Shown here one piece after another: positions 1-13,660 of a DNA stretch of 64,000 bases. The notes beneath the pieces were generated by a model. It was not told where the DNA came from and did no database searches. It was given only the letters and a program-made list of their open reading frames with translations. The stretch comes from Octopus sinensis (taxonomy: Eukaryota), in NCBI RefSeq assembly GCF_006345805.1, contig NC_043008.1, forward strand, positions 3,596,001 through 3,660,000, given 5' to 3'. The stretch's first letter is position 1. Every line of letters starts with the position of its first letter. The position numbers and the translations under genes are program-made.

Positions 1-82
1 AGGACTTTCAGGCAGGGGCCCGTTGATAATTTCCAGAAATCCCTGGCCTGGTAGAGCTACCGGGTGGTAGATATAGATATAG

Positions 83-274
83 ATGATTCGAGATAACCTC
101 TACAGGCATAGTACTGCTGTCTGTCGCACCTGCCTCACATTCGGAGAGAACGACGAAAACATCCTGAACGCGCTCGTACAGCACCTGAGTATCGCCGACT
201 TTTGTGGAGTTATGTCGAATGGCTGCTATCTCACGTGTGGGACGGATCCGGCTATCAACCAACTAACTCTTTGA
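83..274 (+). CDS. Possible coding-exon fragment, unidentified (MIRDNLYRHSTAVCRTCLTFGENDENILNALVQHLSIADFCG...)
   Basis: GC-richer unique sequence with many C-ending codons in this frame. The in-register antisense frame (8-262) is also open, there are no convincing splice sites and no family is recognised. Confidence 0.2.
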   Translation: MIRDNLYRHSTAVCRTCLTFGENDENILNALVQHLSIADFCGVMSNGCYLTCGTDPAINQLTL

Positions 275-324
275 ATCGTTGGGGTTCCAAAATAAGGGTG
301 AATTGTTATTGTTGTTATTAATAA

Positions 325-705
325 GGGTGGTGGTGGTGGTGGTGGTGGTGGCGGTGGTGTTGGTGGTGCTGGTGGTGGTGGTGGTGGTGCTGGTGCTGGT
401 GCTGGTGCTGGTGATGCTGGTGGTGGTGGTGGTGATGATGATGATGATGATGATGATGAGGAGGAGGAGGAGAATGATGATGAAGTTGATGATGATAATG
501 ATGATGATGATGATGATGATGATGGTGATGATAATGATGTTGATAATGATGACGGCGTTGATGATGATGATGATGATGACGGTATTGATGGTGGTAGGAG
601 CGGCGGTGGCGGCGGTGGCGGCGGTAGCGGTGAAGCTGGTGGTAGTCACGATGATGATGATGAGGACGGTGACGATAGTGGTGATGAATCCGGTAGAGAA
701 GATGT
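325..705. repeat. Compound trinucleotide microsatellite (GGT/GAT/GAG/GGC)n
   Basis: Directly visible; explains ORFs 263-742 and 279-731. Confidence 0.95.
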
Positions 706-1235
706 TAAAGGTTGAAAGATTCACTTCGTAAATTTCAATCATTATATTTTGAGAAATATTTCAGAATTCTGAATAAAACGTGAAGCTGTGACGTGCATCC
801 AGCGGGCATGCGTGCACTTGGCATCATCTCAAATGCCAATTATGTCATCGGGGACAATTCGAATGAGAACAGCAACAATCATTCATTTTAAAAGCAGTAA
901 CTACAACAATAACAATACTCGGAAGAATATTGATTTGTATCGATCAGGCACACGGGGCAATTTCAATGATGGGTATAGATGATAATATCGACTTTTTAAA
1001 GATATATATTTATAGATAGAGAGAGACGGGGGGGGGGGAGAGACTCACAAAACACACATACACACATGTACGTATGTATGTATGTATATATGCATGTATA
1101 CATGTATGTATGTATGTATTGATGTATGTATGTGTGTATGTACACGCGATTCCTTCAGCCGAATTCTACTCAGAAAGTATTGGTCAAGTCGAGGTTATTA
1201 TGGAAGTAGATTCTTGCCGAATATGAGGGTTATTG

Positions 1236-1378
<143 letters not shown>

Positions 1379-1469
1379 TATGTGTGTGTGTCCGCTTTTC
1401 TGTTTTTCTTTATGGCAGACTCATGTATATGTTGACGACTAAAAGTGCTCTCACACCCACACATATACA

Positions 1470-1505
<36 letters not shown>

Positions 1506-1586
1506 TGTATGCCTATCTTTCTCTCTCACTATACATTCCTATGCTTATGGTTCTATCGATATGTATTTATCTACGTTAAATGTGTA

Positions 1587-1724
<138 letters not shown>

Positions 1725-3490
1725 GCTTAGTAATATACAGAAAGAGAGAGAGAGCGAGAGAGAGAGAGACAGAGAGACATATACGCATAGAAAGCAACAA
1801 CATAAAAGAAAAGCGTTCTTTCATCGAAATCTTTCGTCAGCCTCACCCCCGCCCAAGAGGGGCGAACCGCATCATCTACCACTGCTTGTAAAAGCGATGT
1901 CAGAACACTCCAACGTAATACTATAAAAGAAAAGCCGAGAAAAGCTTGTCAGCATCTCAGCATCGGCCGCGCCGCCTTCATCGCCTTCATTATTAAGAAT
2001 CATCAACATCCTAATCATTGCCTGACTGTCAAACAGAAAAAAAAGAACAGAAGCACAACAAAAAAAGATGAATAAACCAAAATAAAAAACAAATAAGCAA
2101 CACATGAACCTCGCTGCATCGTGTGTCTAGTAAACCGTCTGCCGCACCCCGGTCGCTTCTTGGCGGTGGGGCCCCAACGAAAGCTATTCATTAGACTCCA
2201 TTTGTTACAACTGAATGTTTTCGCATGGCACTTGCTAATAGCTCTGCCCTTCTCTCTCCTTCTCTCTTTCAGTTATGTATACAACACACACGCATATGTA
2301 TGCGTTACATACATACATATAATACATACGTGTGCGTGTATGTGTGCGTATATATATACATACGTGTGTGTGTGTGCGTATATGTTTGTCTTTATTTCCC
2401 CATAGGTTCTCGTTATATTTCTGTCCATCTGTCTCTCGTTCTCTCTACCCCACTCCCTCTCTCTCCCCCATTTCTTTCACTCATTGTGTTGTATGTGTTC
2501 GTGTGTTCGTTTCTATTTTCTTTCCTTATTCTCCATAACTCCTATAATATCTTCCATTTTTTGTTTGCATTTCCCCTCTCTCTCTCTCTCTCTTTCTCTC
2601 ATTCTATTTCTCCCTCCCTCTCATTCTCTCATTTTATCTCTCTCTCTCTCTTTCTCCCACCCCCTTCTCCCTCAATTAGTCCCTCTCCCTACCCCTCCCC
2701 TCATTCCTCTGCTACTCCCATACAGTAGCAACAAGACAGTTTCACGTTCATCACAACTTCTGAAACACTTAGAATTCCTCTGCCTCTGCTTCTCGCTGCT
2801 TCTGCAGCAGCTGCTGTTGCTCTTATTATTACTACTATTCCCATTGTTGCTGTTGATGATGGTGGTGATGCTACCACTACTACTACTACTGCTTCTGCTG
2901 GTGATGTTGTTGCTTCTACAGTTGTTAATACTGGTCTTTGCTCTCTCGCTCACGTTAAACTAAAACGACACACACACCCACGAGCCAGCTACGGATCCTC
3001 CAGAAATACCAGCTAAATGCATCTCCCTCGCACTCTATTGTCTCAACAAAACGAAGCATACACTGGCTAATGGAGTCCTCCATACAGACGAAAAAAACGG
3101 GATGGTCATGGTTGAAATGTCTTAGACGATAAGTCAGCTTAAGTGACACTGAACTTGTCATACAAAACAGCAAGAGAGAGACGTATGATCTAACGTGGGA
3201 TGTCTTTATGTCTCAACCAGATTGCTAGAAATATCTACCAAATCTCCCTCGAATTTCAGCCTAACATCATGGAAAATAAAAAGTTACTTAAGATATTAAA
3301 GGTTTAGAGACAGCTTCGCATTCCACCCTCAGAAACCAGTTATGGGTGAATTGCCTTTGATCATAGGTGTACTTCACGAAAGTTCAGCTGGTTCTAAACA
3401 AATAAATATCAACAAACAGCTCTGTACATATTGACAGAAAAAACACCCATACTTTCTCCAAATCACTCGATATGACATAGTAAAGAATGG

Positions 3491-3704
3491 TTTCAAATCT
3501 TGGCACGAGTGCAGCACTTTAGTGGAAGGGAGTGAGTCGATTACACCGATCCCACTACTCGACTGGTAATTTCTTTTCATCGACCCCCGAAGGGATGAAA
3601 GGCAAAGTCGACCTTGGTGGAATTTGAACTCATCATGTGAAGACGGACGAAACACCACTAAGCATTTCGTCCGACGTGCTAACAATCCTGCCAGCTGGCC
3701 GCCC
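3491..3704 (-). mobile_element. tRNA-derived SINE, family A (head GGCGAGCTGGCAGAA..GTTAGCACG)
   Basis: Reverse complement matches the copies at 27963 and 47843: A/B-box-like head, GAGTTCAAATT, core GTCGACTTTGCCTTTCATCC. Confidence 0.85.
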
Positions 3705-5619
3705 TTATAACATAGTAAATATTACAAACCAAGAGCAATCTGCATCTTTTAAGAACTCTCACACAAACATTTAAAACAATTACGAATCATCAGAAATTAC
3801 ACCCACATCTACAGAAATACTAGTTCTACTACACAACCCACTGTAAATCTAATTAACACATGTATAAAACAACATGGCAGCAGTTGCCCCAGAAATCTAC
3901 AATTATAAAAAAATCAGAAACAATTTTCTTTTCACAAAAGGTTTAACAAACAATCGCCTCACTATGGCAATTCGCTTCTACTCATGATGAGTATATTGTA
4001 AACAGTAAAGCCCCAGGCTTGTCTCGGACATCCATGTAATAAACGGAAAACCACTATTCCCAGAGACAAGCGTCTGCAGATAAAGAAACGATCGAATATT
4101 ACTGGTGATCTCAGCGATTTGTTATTCACAAGGAGAAACCATAAAAAAGTTGGAAACTATGATTGATGTTGCACAATTAGCTTTCAAAAAAATAAAGATG
4201 AAGATAATTATTTTTAGCGGTGAAGCGAATAAAAATCAAATTGAAAAGCTTTCTTTTGTGTATGTGAGTGTCTAGACTTAAAATCAAACGATCAGTCAGT
4301 TTCAATATGAAGGTAACACGAAAACGAACAGCTCTTCACGACTTACCATCTATTCAAGAGCCATATGGACACTACTTTCCCATGGGTAACATGTTGAGCA
4401 ACTGAAATATTCGACAAGACAGCAGTCCAAAACACTCCAACGCGTACGAACTTGACAGAATACGACTTAATCGAGACAGTAAGATATTTTGACATTAAAA
4501 TATCTCCCAAAACGGTTGACCTTCCAGCTTTACTACTACAATCTTGAAAAACCAGACCTGCTAGTCTCCTAAAACTACTTTATCAGATCTAAACACAAAA
4601 CAACAACCGGAAGTGTTGAAAGAAACAATGACACTGATTTATAAAGTTATTAGTGTCGCACAGACAAATAGTCACAGGCTTCTTTCGTTTAAATACCACT
4701 TTGCATAAATACGAGAGAGAATGTATCAAAGTGAAATAAACTATTTAAACCCACAAAAGCTTTTTCACAACACGCAACACAGTTTCGGTTCAACAGTTTT
4801 TGAAGAGTCTACCGACGAAGCAAGGGCTGGCTGTGTATACTTTGGTTTTACTGAAGGTTTTGTCTAATGGAATATTATTTCACAAGTTGAAATAACATAT
4901 TAGGAAGATCTAGAATTTGGATCTCATAAATTTTATTAATTTATTTTTATATTTATTTATTTTGAAAGACTGTGGTTAGATAGGGTGGGCCAACAAAGCA
5001 ACTTCCAGAATATCAAAAAGTTACAGTCGTAAGTCACTGTTTGTTCATTTTAAAGTTGTCAGAAACACCCACAACAAATACACTTGGAAACGCCTATACA
5101 AATGATATCGCAGTGACGCTAGAGATCACAATAAACAAGTATATCGATGGACTTCATCAAGTCATACCTGCCATTTAGAGCTGTGGGTGGGGGGATCGAT
5201 CAGTGCTACAAAATTCCATGCTTTACGTTTCGGAAATTTTCAACTATGTAACTTAACCACTCACTTCAAAAGTCGGAGTGCGTTTATGATCTATTCATTG
5301 CTATGTTTGCAGGTGTACGTTTGTCGAAATCGAAACATAATCATACTTTTCGGAAACTTGTTGGCATTACAAGAGATAGTGCGATGTTGTCATTCTGTAT
5401 ATTCACTGTATTCAGAAAGTTCGACTTAAGCCCAGGAATATGATCTTACAGCCAAGACCTCAGTGAGATAGTAAAATCGGAGAACTTAAGTTGGGGAAAA
5501 GCCTCTCATCTTTGGAACGACATTGTAAACGGTAAGGCAAAGTGTGTGTGTGTGTGTGTGTGCATCTTGTTGGATCCCTTCAGATCTTTCTTTCATCTCT
5601 ACCATTGTTATCCTTTGCA

Positions 5620-5765
5620 TTTTCTCATAAAAAAAGCTCCTTACTTGTACAACTGTCAACCCAAGGGATTACGAAACGTGAAAGTGACCTTCACGAAGAC
5701 TTTTAAAAAGCATCTTGATACATTTTCTTCTCACATACGAAATCAACCATTTTATAAAAGACTTC
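5620..5765 (+). mobile_element. Decayed 3' end of a CR1/L2-like LINE ORF2
   Basis: KAPYLYNCQPKGLRNVKVTFTKTFKKHLDTFSSHIRNQP resembles the LINE C-terminal pattern GPRLFNxLP..RN....FKxxLDxFL..IPDQP. Confidence 0.55.
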
Positions 5766-5967
5766 GACTAACATCGCAAACTGGCTCCTTCACATTGTTG
5801 ATTCCCTATCCAAAAATTCTACCTTTACTGGTGTAAAAAAAAAATACATTGGACCCTAGGGTTCGAACAGAAATTACAAAAAGAAACGTTGCATACGACT
5901 CTAAAGGTGGTTCTCCAAGGTCTCGGCTGTGTTGGGGAACACAAACTAAAAACAAATATCAAATTAA

Positions 5968-6045
<78 letters not shown>
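5968..6045. repeat. (GT)n microsatellite
   Basis: Directly visible. Confidence 0.95.
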
Positions 6046-6047
<2 letters not shown>

Positions 6048-6229
6048 TTGTGTTCGCGTGCGTATCTGTGTGTGCCAAAGTTTTCGGATTTCACTGATGG
6101 TTTCTGTCAACTTGTATCTCCCTGTTACATTAATTTGAAAGAAACTTCTGTCGTCCAATCGTTGCTGAATTGTTTATTCTTTATTTTCATGCATAACATA
6201 CGAACATTAATTGTTTATTCCTTATTTTA

Positions 6230-6957
6230 GAGATGCAAATTGCAATTAGAGCCGCCATTTTATGGTACCTATGGAAAAAAACTGAGTGCAAGGACACCAT
6301 CAAAAGGAATTAATAATGTGGAAGGCCCAGGAACTGTCAACGAACGTGAGGCACAAAACTGCTTCAGAGGTTTTAAGGAAATTGATACAAACCTCGAAGA
6401 CAAAGGTCAGGGAGATCTTTTGTGAAAGATGAGTTTTTGCTTGAAATAGTTGAACAACAGCACAAACGCTCATACATTGTCCACATAATTTTATCCTCCA
6501 CAAAGCACCATCATTCGACACCTCCATGAGTTCGGTTTTTTGAACAGACACTGTTGAGAAGTTCCTCAGGAACTAACCAATGACCCGGTTCAATAACGTG
6601 AGAACACTTGTAAACAACAGTCGGTAAATCCTCGAGATGACCGTTTTTAGCATCGAATTTTAACTGGAGATAAAAATGGATATATTTTCTAATGAGATAA
6701 ATCAGTGGCTTCGTTCTGAAGAGGCTTCAGAACCTGCTATGAAACAAGAGCGGTTTGAAAAGAAAACCATGATGTGTGTTTGGTGGGACATTGGATGGGA
6801 TATTGCGCTTTGAGTTAGTTTCAGATAGTTATACTGTGAACATCCTCCTATATGCTCACCAACTGCAGCGAGTGTATGATGCTTTGAAAGCCCGATACCT
6901 GGCATTTGAGTCGAAGGCGTGCATACCTACAGGACGACAATGCTCAGTTGCACACTC
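6230..6957 (+). mobile_element. Decayed mariner transposase remnant 1 (N-terminus to second catalytic Asp)
   Basis: Frameshifted motifs RILTGDK (RIVTGDEKW), KKTMMCVWWD, QLQRVYDAL and LQDDNAQLHT (LHDNARPH). Confidence 0.8.
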
Positions 6958-7627
6958 CAAATTTTGTGTTAAACCTGTGAAGTCTATTACAGATACTTTG
7001 AGCATGATTCGGAATGCGGCAGTGAGTCGTGCGCAATGTTTCGAGTGGCACGGGCACACGACAGAGACCGCGGCTCAATCGAGATAATGCTCATCGTTTT
7101 TTCGACACCCGCAGTATGGTGCGTCGACAGTTTGTCCCTCAGAGCCAGACCGTCGATCGAGAGTTCTCCTAAGACCTTTTGAAGCGTTTCAGGGAGGAAA
7201 ACATTCAGCAAAAACGATCAGATCTGTGGAACGTGAATCATAGGATTCCTCACGACGACAACGCACCCTGTTACCGAATTCTCCTCACTCGTGAGTATCT
7301 CGCCAAAAACAATACCATATCGCTTCAGCACCTGCTCTATTCGCTAGATTTAGCACCTACGGACTTCCGTCTCTTCTCCAAGATGAAAATACACCTCAGA
7401 AGTAACCGTTTTAACACCACCGTCGAGATCAAGAGCGAATCACCGAAGATCCACGACTCGCTTACGGAAAACAACTTTCAGGCCGGATTTCAAAAGTGGC
7501 AGGAATGCTGGGACCGGTGTATTGCTGCGCAAGGTAATTATTTTGAAAGAAATGATGTTAAAACTTAGGTAAATAAATTATTTTTTATTAGACATAATTA
7601 GTCCAGGAATCATTTGATAGCACCACG
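6958..7627 (+). mobile_element. Internally deleted mariner remnant 2 (different subfamily) with 3' TIR
   Basis: KFCVKPVKSITDTLSMIR..SRAQCFEWH (N-terminal HTH) jumps to MLIVF.., HDDNAPCY, YSLDLAPTDFRLF and KWQECWDRCIAAQGNYFE. Ends ...GTCCAGGAATCATTTGATAGCACCACG|TA. Confidence 0.85.
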
Positions 7628-8612
7628 TACATTTATGCATATTTATTTATAAATACATTGATATATATTCTACTATTATAAATATATATATATACACACA
7701 CATATACACACACACATATATACGCACACACACATATACAAGAACACACGCATACGCCCTTGCATGTATGCGGGTGTGTGTAACTGAATAAAGATGCATC
7801 GGTTTAATTGAACTCGGCTCAAGGACGAACATTACGTTTGGCGGAAACAGGATGTTTTGCCATTTTTTCTTATAAACAACCTCATTAGAAGCCATCAAGC
7901 GAAGTCACTCGAGGTAAACAGTATAAAAACCAAAACCGGTCAGCACCCCAAGACCGCCTACATTATTTTCTTTATCGCAGTGAAGGGACTTTTGTACTTC
8001 GGTTGATCTGCTAGAAATAGCAACTCAAAGAAAATGTAATTACTTTCTACTGTTTTGAAAAATGCAATAATTCGTTGGATGATGTGATTTTAGCTACGTT
8101 GTGTTATGTCTAAAAAATGACTGTTGGGAAGCCTTCGATCGTAGCTCTGCTTGGAACTAAACTGTATTAGCTACTCCACCGATAGTGAAAAATATAATGA
8201 AAGAGCTCTAAAGCGTTGTTGTTTCAAATAATGTCTCTCACACCTCTAAATCCGTAATCGAGATCCACCTCATATGTGGTAACAATAGCAACAAAATATT
8301 GACTAGAAATCACCTGTACGCTGGTTGCTATTGAAACTGCCTCGGGTCACCTACGACTTTATGTCTGGATGTGTGAATTTTTTATGCGTCGACACAAATG
8401 ATATTCAGAACAACAAAGCGAACACCCACAAAGCCACATATATTGTAATTCACCATCTCAGCCGGAATTTTGAATAACATTTATTTTGAGAAATAACAGT
8501 CAAACATCCTCTCGTTAGTGGGTCCTTTTCTGGCAGCTTGTCCATCTGCCATTTTCAATCCCTCATCAGTCTCTCTTTATTATTCTCACTTTCATCTGTT
8601 TCTCTCCCTATC

Positions 8613-8712
<100 letters not shown>

Positions 8713-8735
8713 ATGTACGTATGAGTTAATAACGC

Positions 8736-8944
8736 TTTCAAATTTTGTCACAAGGCCAGCAATTTCGGAGGAGGGGTAAGTCGATCACATGGACCCCAGT
8801 GCTCAACTGATACTTATTTTATCGACCCCGAAAGGATGAAAGACAAAGTAGACCTCGACGGAATTTGAACTCTGAACGTAAATACGGACGAAATGCCGCT
8901 AAGCATTTTGACCGGTTCGGTAACGATTCTATCAGCTCACCGCC
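8736..8944 (-). mobile_element. tRNA-derived SINE, family A
   Basis: Near full-length reverse-complement match to the other family A copies. Confidence 0.85.
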
Positions 8945-9431
8945 TTATCAGAGACTTCTTGATGTAAAACAACAGTCTAAATATAGGCTATCTTATGAGC
9001 CTTCATACGTAAGAGCCAACGACAAAACCTCTAATTGATATTTCGACTTGATAGAAATAGTAGTCAAATCTCATTAACTCCTCACGCTATTGGCTCATGC
9101 ATTTTTATATAAGCAACTGAGTGACATCTATACTGTAGCTATACCTGATAAAAATAACCTTCTGGTCCCTTTCAATCATAATCCTTCACTATTTGCCTGG
9201 CAAAAGTTTCCAAAGGGCATCTCGGAATGTAAATAGTAGCCAAATTTTCCTCAAAGCATATTCATATATAAGTTTAAATATCTGCATCAAGCCACAATTG
9301 AGATATTCACATGTTGGCTTTAAATGTCAACTACAGCAGTTAATTCTCTCTTCAATCACGAGATTGCAATAGGAATATTTGCTTACATACACACGTACAT
9401 ACATACATACATACATACATACATACATACA

Positions 9432-9463
<32 letters not shown>

Positions 9464-10237
9464 CGTATGTATGTATAAATATATGGGGAAGGTGTATGTG
9501 TACGTATATATGATTATAGTTCAGGTGGTAGATATTGAGATGCATTTGACATGTATATGAGCGTATTTAATGTCCGCGTGTATGTAATTGCTCAAAACAG
9601 TAATAAGTACCATGAGCATACGTACATTCCTACAACATACACACAGAAACACATATTCTTACTTATATACACCTTCACACTCACACACACACTTCTCCGT
9701 ATATTTCTCCGAAGATACAAAAAATATTTTCGCATGTATATTTATAACATTATTTTTCCATATAGTTGAGATGCATGTTTCCATACATCATTGCTATGAA
9801 GTTCTGATTCTACATGCACACGTTGATAATGCTGATAATATGAAGGTACAGATGTGAATAAAATTGGATGAAAGAGAAGTTTGATGCAAAAATCCAGTGA
9901 AGGTTGCATGTGAACAGCTCTACGTACGACTGATGTGGAAGCAACATGAAAAGGTATTCAGAATTCTCTTAATAATCAAAGTTCGGGTTTGATAGTGGAC
10001 CACCTAATCATTAAATTGGGAATTCTGCGGTTCTACAAATCCAAGCATACTCTCTAGCGTGTGACAGTATTTATTATGTTTTCATATCTCAAAAAACAAA
10101 AATAATAATAATTAAAAAACATGGAATTATAGATTAATTCTTCTTTTAAAAATCCTTTCTCTTTTTTGGCTTTTATAAATATTTTTCAAAAGTATTTCTT
10201 AACATTATTATCAAGAGTGATCGGAATTTTTAAGCAG

Positions 10238-10310
10238 TTTACTACGTTTACTCTAACGTTCTTATCATCGAGTTGCTAGAATTTGATGCCAATAAAGTGA
10301 TACTAGAATG
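10238..10310 (+). CDS. Candidate 73-nt internal exon, copy 1 (xYYVYSNVLIIELLEFDANKVILE)
   Basis: Acceptor TTTTTAAGCAG, donor ATG|GTGAGT, open in phase 1 to 2. No homologue recognised. Confidence 0.3.
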
Positions 10311-10920
10311 GTGAGTCTTGTGCACGACACTATTTCATGAAAATCAAATATGTTCACCAGAACAATCTTTGTGGCATAATTTGTTGAAATTATGCATGTG
10401 TGTGTGTTTGTGTGTGCATGTATATTATAACATTATTTTTCCATATAGTTGAGATGCATGTTTCCATACATCATTGCTATGAAGTTCTGATTCTACATGC
10501 ACACGTTGATAATGCTGATAATATGAAGGTACAGATGTGAATAAAATTGGATGAAAGAGAAGTTTGATGCAAAAATCCAGTGAAGGTTGCATGTGAACAG
10601 CTCTACGTACGACTGATGTGGAAGCAACATGAAAAGGTATTCAGAATTCTCTTAATAATCAAAGTTCGGGTTTGATAGTGGACCACCTAATCATTAAATT
10701 GGGAATTCTGCGGTTCTACAAATCCAAGCATACTCTCTAGCGTGTGACAGTATTTATTATGTTTTCATATCTCAAAAAACAAAAATAATAATAATTAAAA
10801 AACATGGAATTATAGATTAATTCTTCTTTTAAAAATCCTTTCTCTTTTTTGGCTTTTATAAATATTTTTCAAAAGTATTTCTTAACATTATTATCAAGAG
10901 TGATCGGAATTTTTAAGCAG

Positions 10921-10993
10921 TTTACTACGTTTACTCTAACGTTCTTATCATCGAGTTGCTAGAATTTGATGCCAATAAAGTGATACTAGAATG
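10921..10993 (+). CDS. Candidate 73-nt internal exon, copy 2 (duplicate of 10238-10310)
   Basis: Same sequence and splice signals inside the duplicated block. Confidence 0.25.
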
Positions 10994-11140
10994 GTGAGTC
11001 TTGTGCACGACACTATTTCATGAAAATCAAATATGTTCACCAGAACAATCTTTGTGGCATAATTTGTTGAAATTATGCATGTGTGTGTGTTTGTGTGTGC
11101 ATGTATATTATATAAATATATATATTTACATATAGATAAT

Positions 11141-11193
<53 letters not shown>

Positions 11194-11816
11194 TGTATGC
11201 ATGTATGTATGCATATATGTATGTTTGTATGTATGTATGTAATTCAGTATTTAAATATATGCATATTTCCAATTTAAATGCATATGTCCTTTCTTGTTAA
11301 ATGCATAAGTGCATGCACGCATGTATACATGTATAACCACATGCATACTCACATGCATGTATACTACATAAACAAACAAGTGCGCGCATACACACACACA
11401 CACGTTACGGACTAATTAAAGGGATCGACTCACGTACGAAACACTTTCGATATTAAAATTTCACATTTAAAAGATTTATCTCTAAAACATTTTGAACCGT
11501 ATTTCAAATATCCTGGGTGATAGAAAATAATTTATTACTCTCAGTTCCACATACAAATCACTTTACATTTCTGAAATATTCTGGTCTTATTCTCGGTAAT
11601 CTCTATAAGTCGAACTGTTAACTCTTATAAGTTTTCAATATATTGCTAAAATTATCAAAATAGAAATACTATTATTTCTGAACCTCTCAGATGTTGGCAA
11701 TTAGTTTTTACTTACCAAAATAAAATCCTACAATTTTGCTATGATATCTGAATATGTCTGAAGTATAAACAATTTTAAGTAAAATGTTGCTGAGGAATAA
11801 TTCATGAACTCTTTTA

Positions 11817-13021
11817 TTGGGTTGAGGAATAATTCGTGTGCGTTATTTTAAAATTTATTTTAAACAAAAAACTACTTGTTTACGACTTCTTCCCATCGTT
11901 CATTAAGTTTTTCGATGCCTCCGCGATAGAAATCTCCCGGTCATGGCTCAAAGAATTCGTCCAACCAAACCCTAAATTCCACACCATTGTTGAACGACAA
12001 TACACAAAGTGTTCGAAAGCGATCGAAAGAGATAAAAATCTGACGGCACCAAGTCTGGGCAGTATGAAGGATAAGGCAGCACTTCCCATTCGAGTTGTTG
12101 AATTGCAGCTTTGGTCCTATTGGCGATGTGAGGACGGGCGTCGTCGTGCTGCACAAGAACGCCATTTCACGTATTCGATCTTTTTTGCTTCATTGCTTCA
12201 TTGCGTTCAAGCAGTTCCTGGTGAATTGTGCCTTTCCAGATCCACCATACACACAACATGGTCTTTCGAGGATAACGGTCTTGTTGTGCACACGGAGTCG
12301 CTTATTTGTCGGGGCAGAGCCATTCTTTTCGCTGCTTCATATTGACGTATTTCTCATCGCCAGTGACAATGCGGTAAAGAAAACGCTGTTTGTGACCATG
12401 TGTTGAGCGATGTCGAGCAAGCAACCTGGCGGCGATTGTAGAGCGTTGATTTTTTAGGTTTTCGTTCAAAGTGTGTAACACCCAAGAGGCGAGGTTCTGA
12501 ACTTTGCTCATTGAGTGGAAGTGGTTCACCACAGTTCTTTTTCTTTTTTTTTTATCACAATCCATCTGCTCCGCCAATTCTCTGGTCGTTTGATGTGGAT
12601 TTTCGTGAAGAAGTTGATTTAATCGCTCTTCATCGAACTCAATTGAACGACGGTGTGTGATCTGTCCTTGAGGTCAAAATTCCCGTTTTTGAGGCGCGAA
12701 AACCAATGGCGGTCGATACTTTGAGGCATTACTCCTTCTCCATATACAACACAAATCTCACAAGCAGCTTCGGCGGCCTTAACACCTCGATTAAATGAAA
12801 AAAGCAAATGGCGTCGAAAATGCTTAGTTTTGTCCACTTGACATTTCATTTTAATGATCAGAAAATACACAAAAGTCAACAAAATTTTAAAAATTAAAAC
12901 ACACTACCTTGTAGAGAAATAAATTCTCTTTTAAATAACATAAAACATGTTGCCAATGCGTTTTATTTCTGCGTACATTTTTAAACTTGAAATAGCGCTC
13001 ATTAATTATTCCTCAATCCAA
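11817..13021 (-). mobile_element. Near full-length (1205 bp) inactive mariner transposon with TIRs and TA target duplication
   Basis: TIRs TA|TTGGGTTGAGGAATAATTCGTGTGCG and the reverse complement of GCGCTCATTAATTATTCCTCAATCCAA|TA. Motifs HFRRHLLFSFNRG, WFSRLKNGNFDLKD, WVLHTL, RIVTGDEK, QHDDARPH and YCPDLVPSDFYLF are spread over several frames. Confidence 0.95.
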
Positions 13022-13183
13022 TATATTATTTCCGGTTTCCCATAGTTTTTGAAATACTAAAGTTTCGAAATTCAGATTTATAAGTGCAAAACTTTAATTA
13101 CGATACCGTTCTTTTGCGTGCGCGTGCGCGCGTGTTTATGTGCGTGCGTGTGTGTGTGTGCGTGTGTGTGTGTGTGTGTGTTG

Positions 13184-13214
<31 letters not shown>

Positions 13215-13254
13215 TGTGTGTGTGTGTGTGTATGTGCTTCTGTGTGTGTTTTGA

Positions 13255-13660
13255 AATCCCTGGAAATGAAAGATGTCGAGATGTAATACACCAAACCGTT
13301 CAAAGGTCGGAACTCAAGATGCACAACAGATATAGCTCTGCTATCACCATTATTAAAGAATTCCATTTGGGAAACGTGACAAGCAAGAAGATACCATTCC
13401 TGCAAAGTGCTTTACTGCATGTTCAGAAAGGCTCACCGGGAATAGTGAGGAGATAGGTAGCGTGAGCATCAGTGGCGGGCAACTGTCACACCTCCGATTT
13501 GCAGATGACAATGTACTCATCGTTGAAACCATAGACTAGCTGCAGACCATGCTGGCAGAGCTGGATACTCATAGCATAGCAGCGGGGTTCAAATGAAGCG
13601 CAGAAAAATAAAATATATGTGGTCGGAAGACGCAGCACAAGGCCGAATTGGAAGCACATT
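13255..13660 (+). mobile_element. RTE-clade LINE reverse-transcriptase remnant
   Basis: KQEDTIPAKCFTAC (RQGDTISPKLF), then VSISGGQLSHLRFADDNVLIVET..LQTMLAEL, with internal stops. Confidence 0.8.

Larger units (their letters stand above)
9732..11110. repeat. Tandem duplication, 2 x 683 bp, apparently identical
   Basis: CCATACATCATTGC occurs at 9781 and 10464 (offset 683); GCATGTATATT occurs at 9732, 10416 and 11099. Confidence 0.95.

Noticed and set aside
263-742. 150-159-aa ORFs and an open Gly/Asp-rich frame
   Set aside because: GGT/GAT trinucleotide repeats are stop-free in most frames; no splice or start context.
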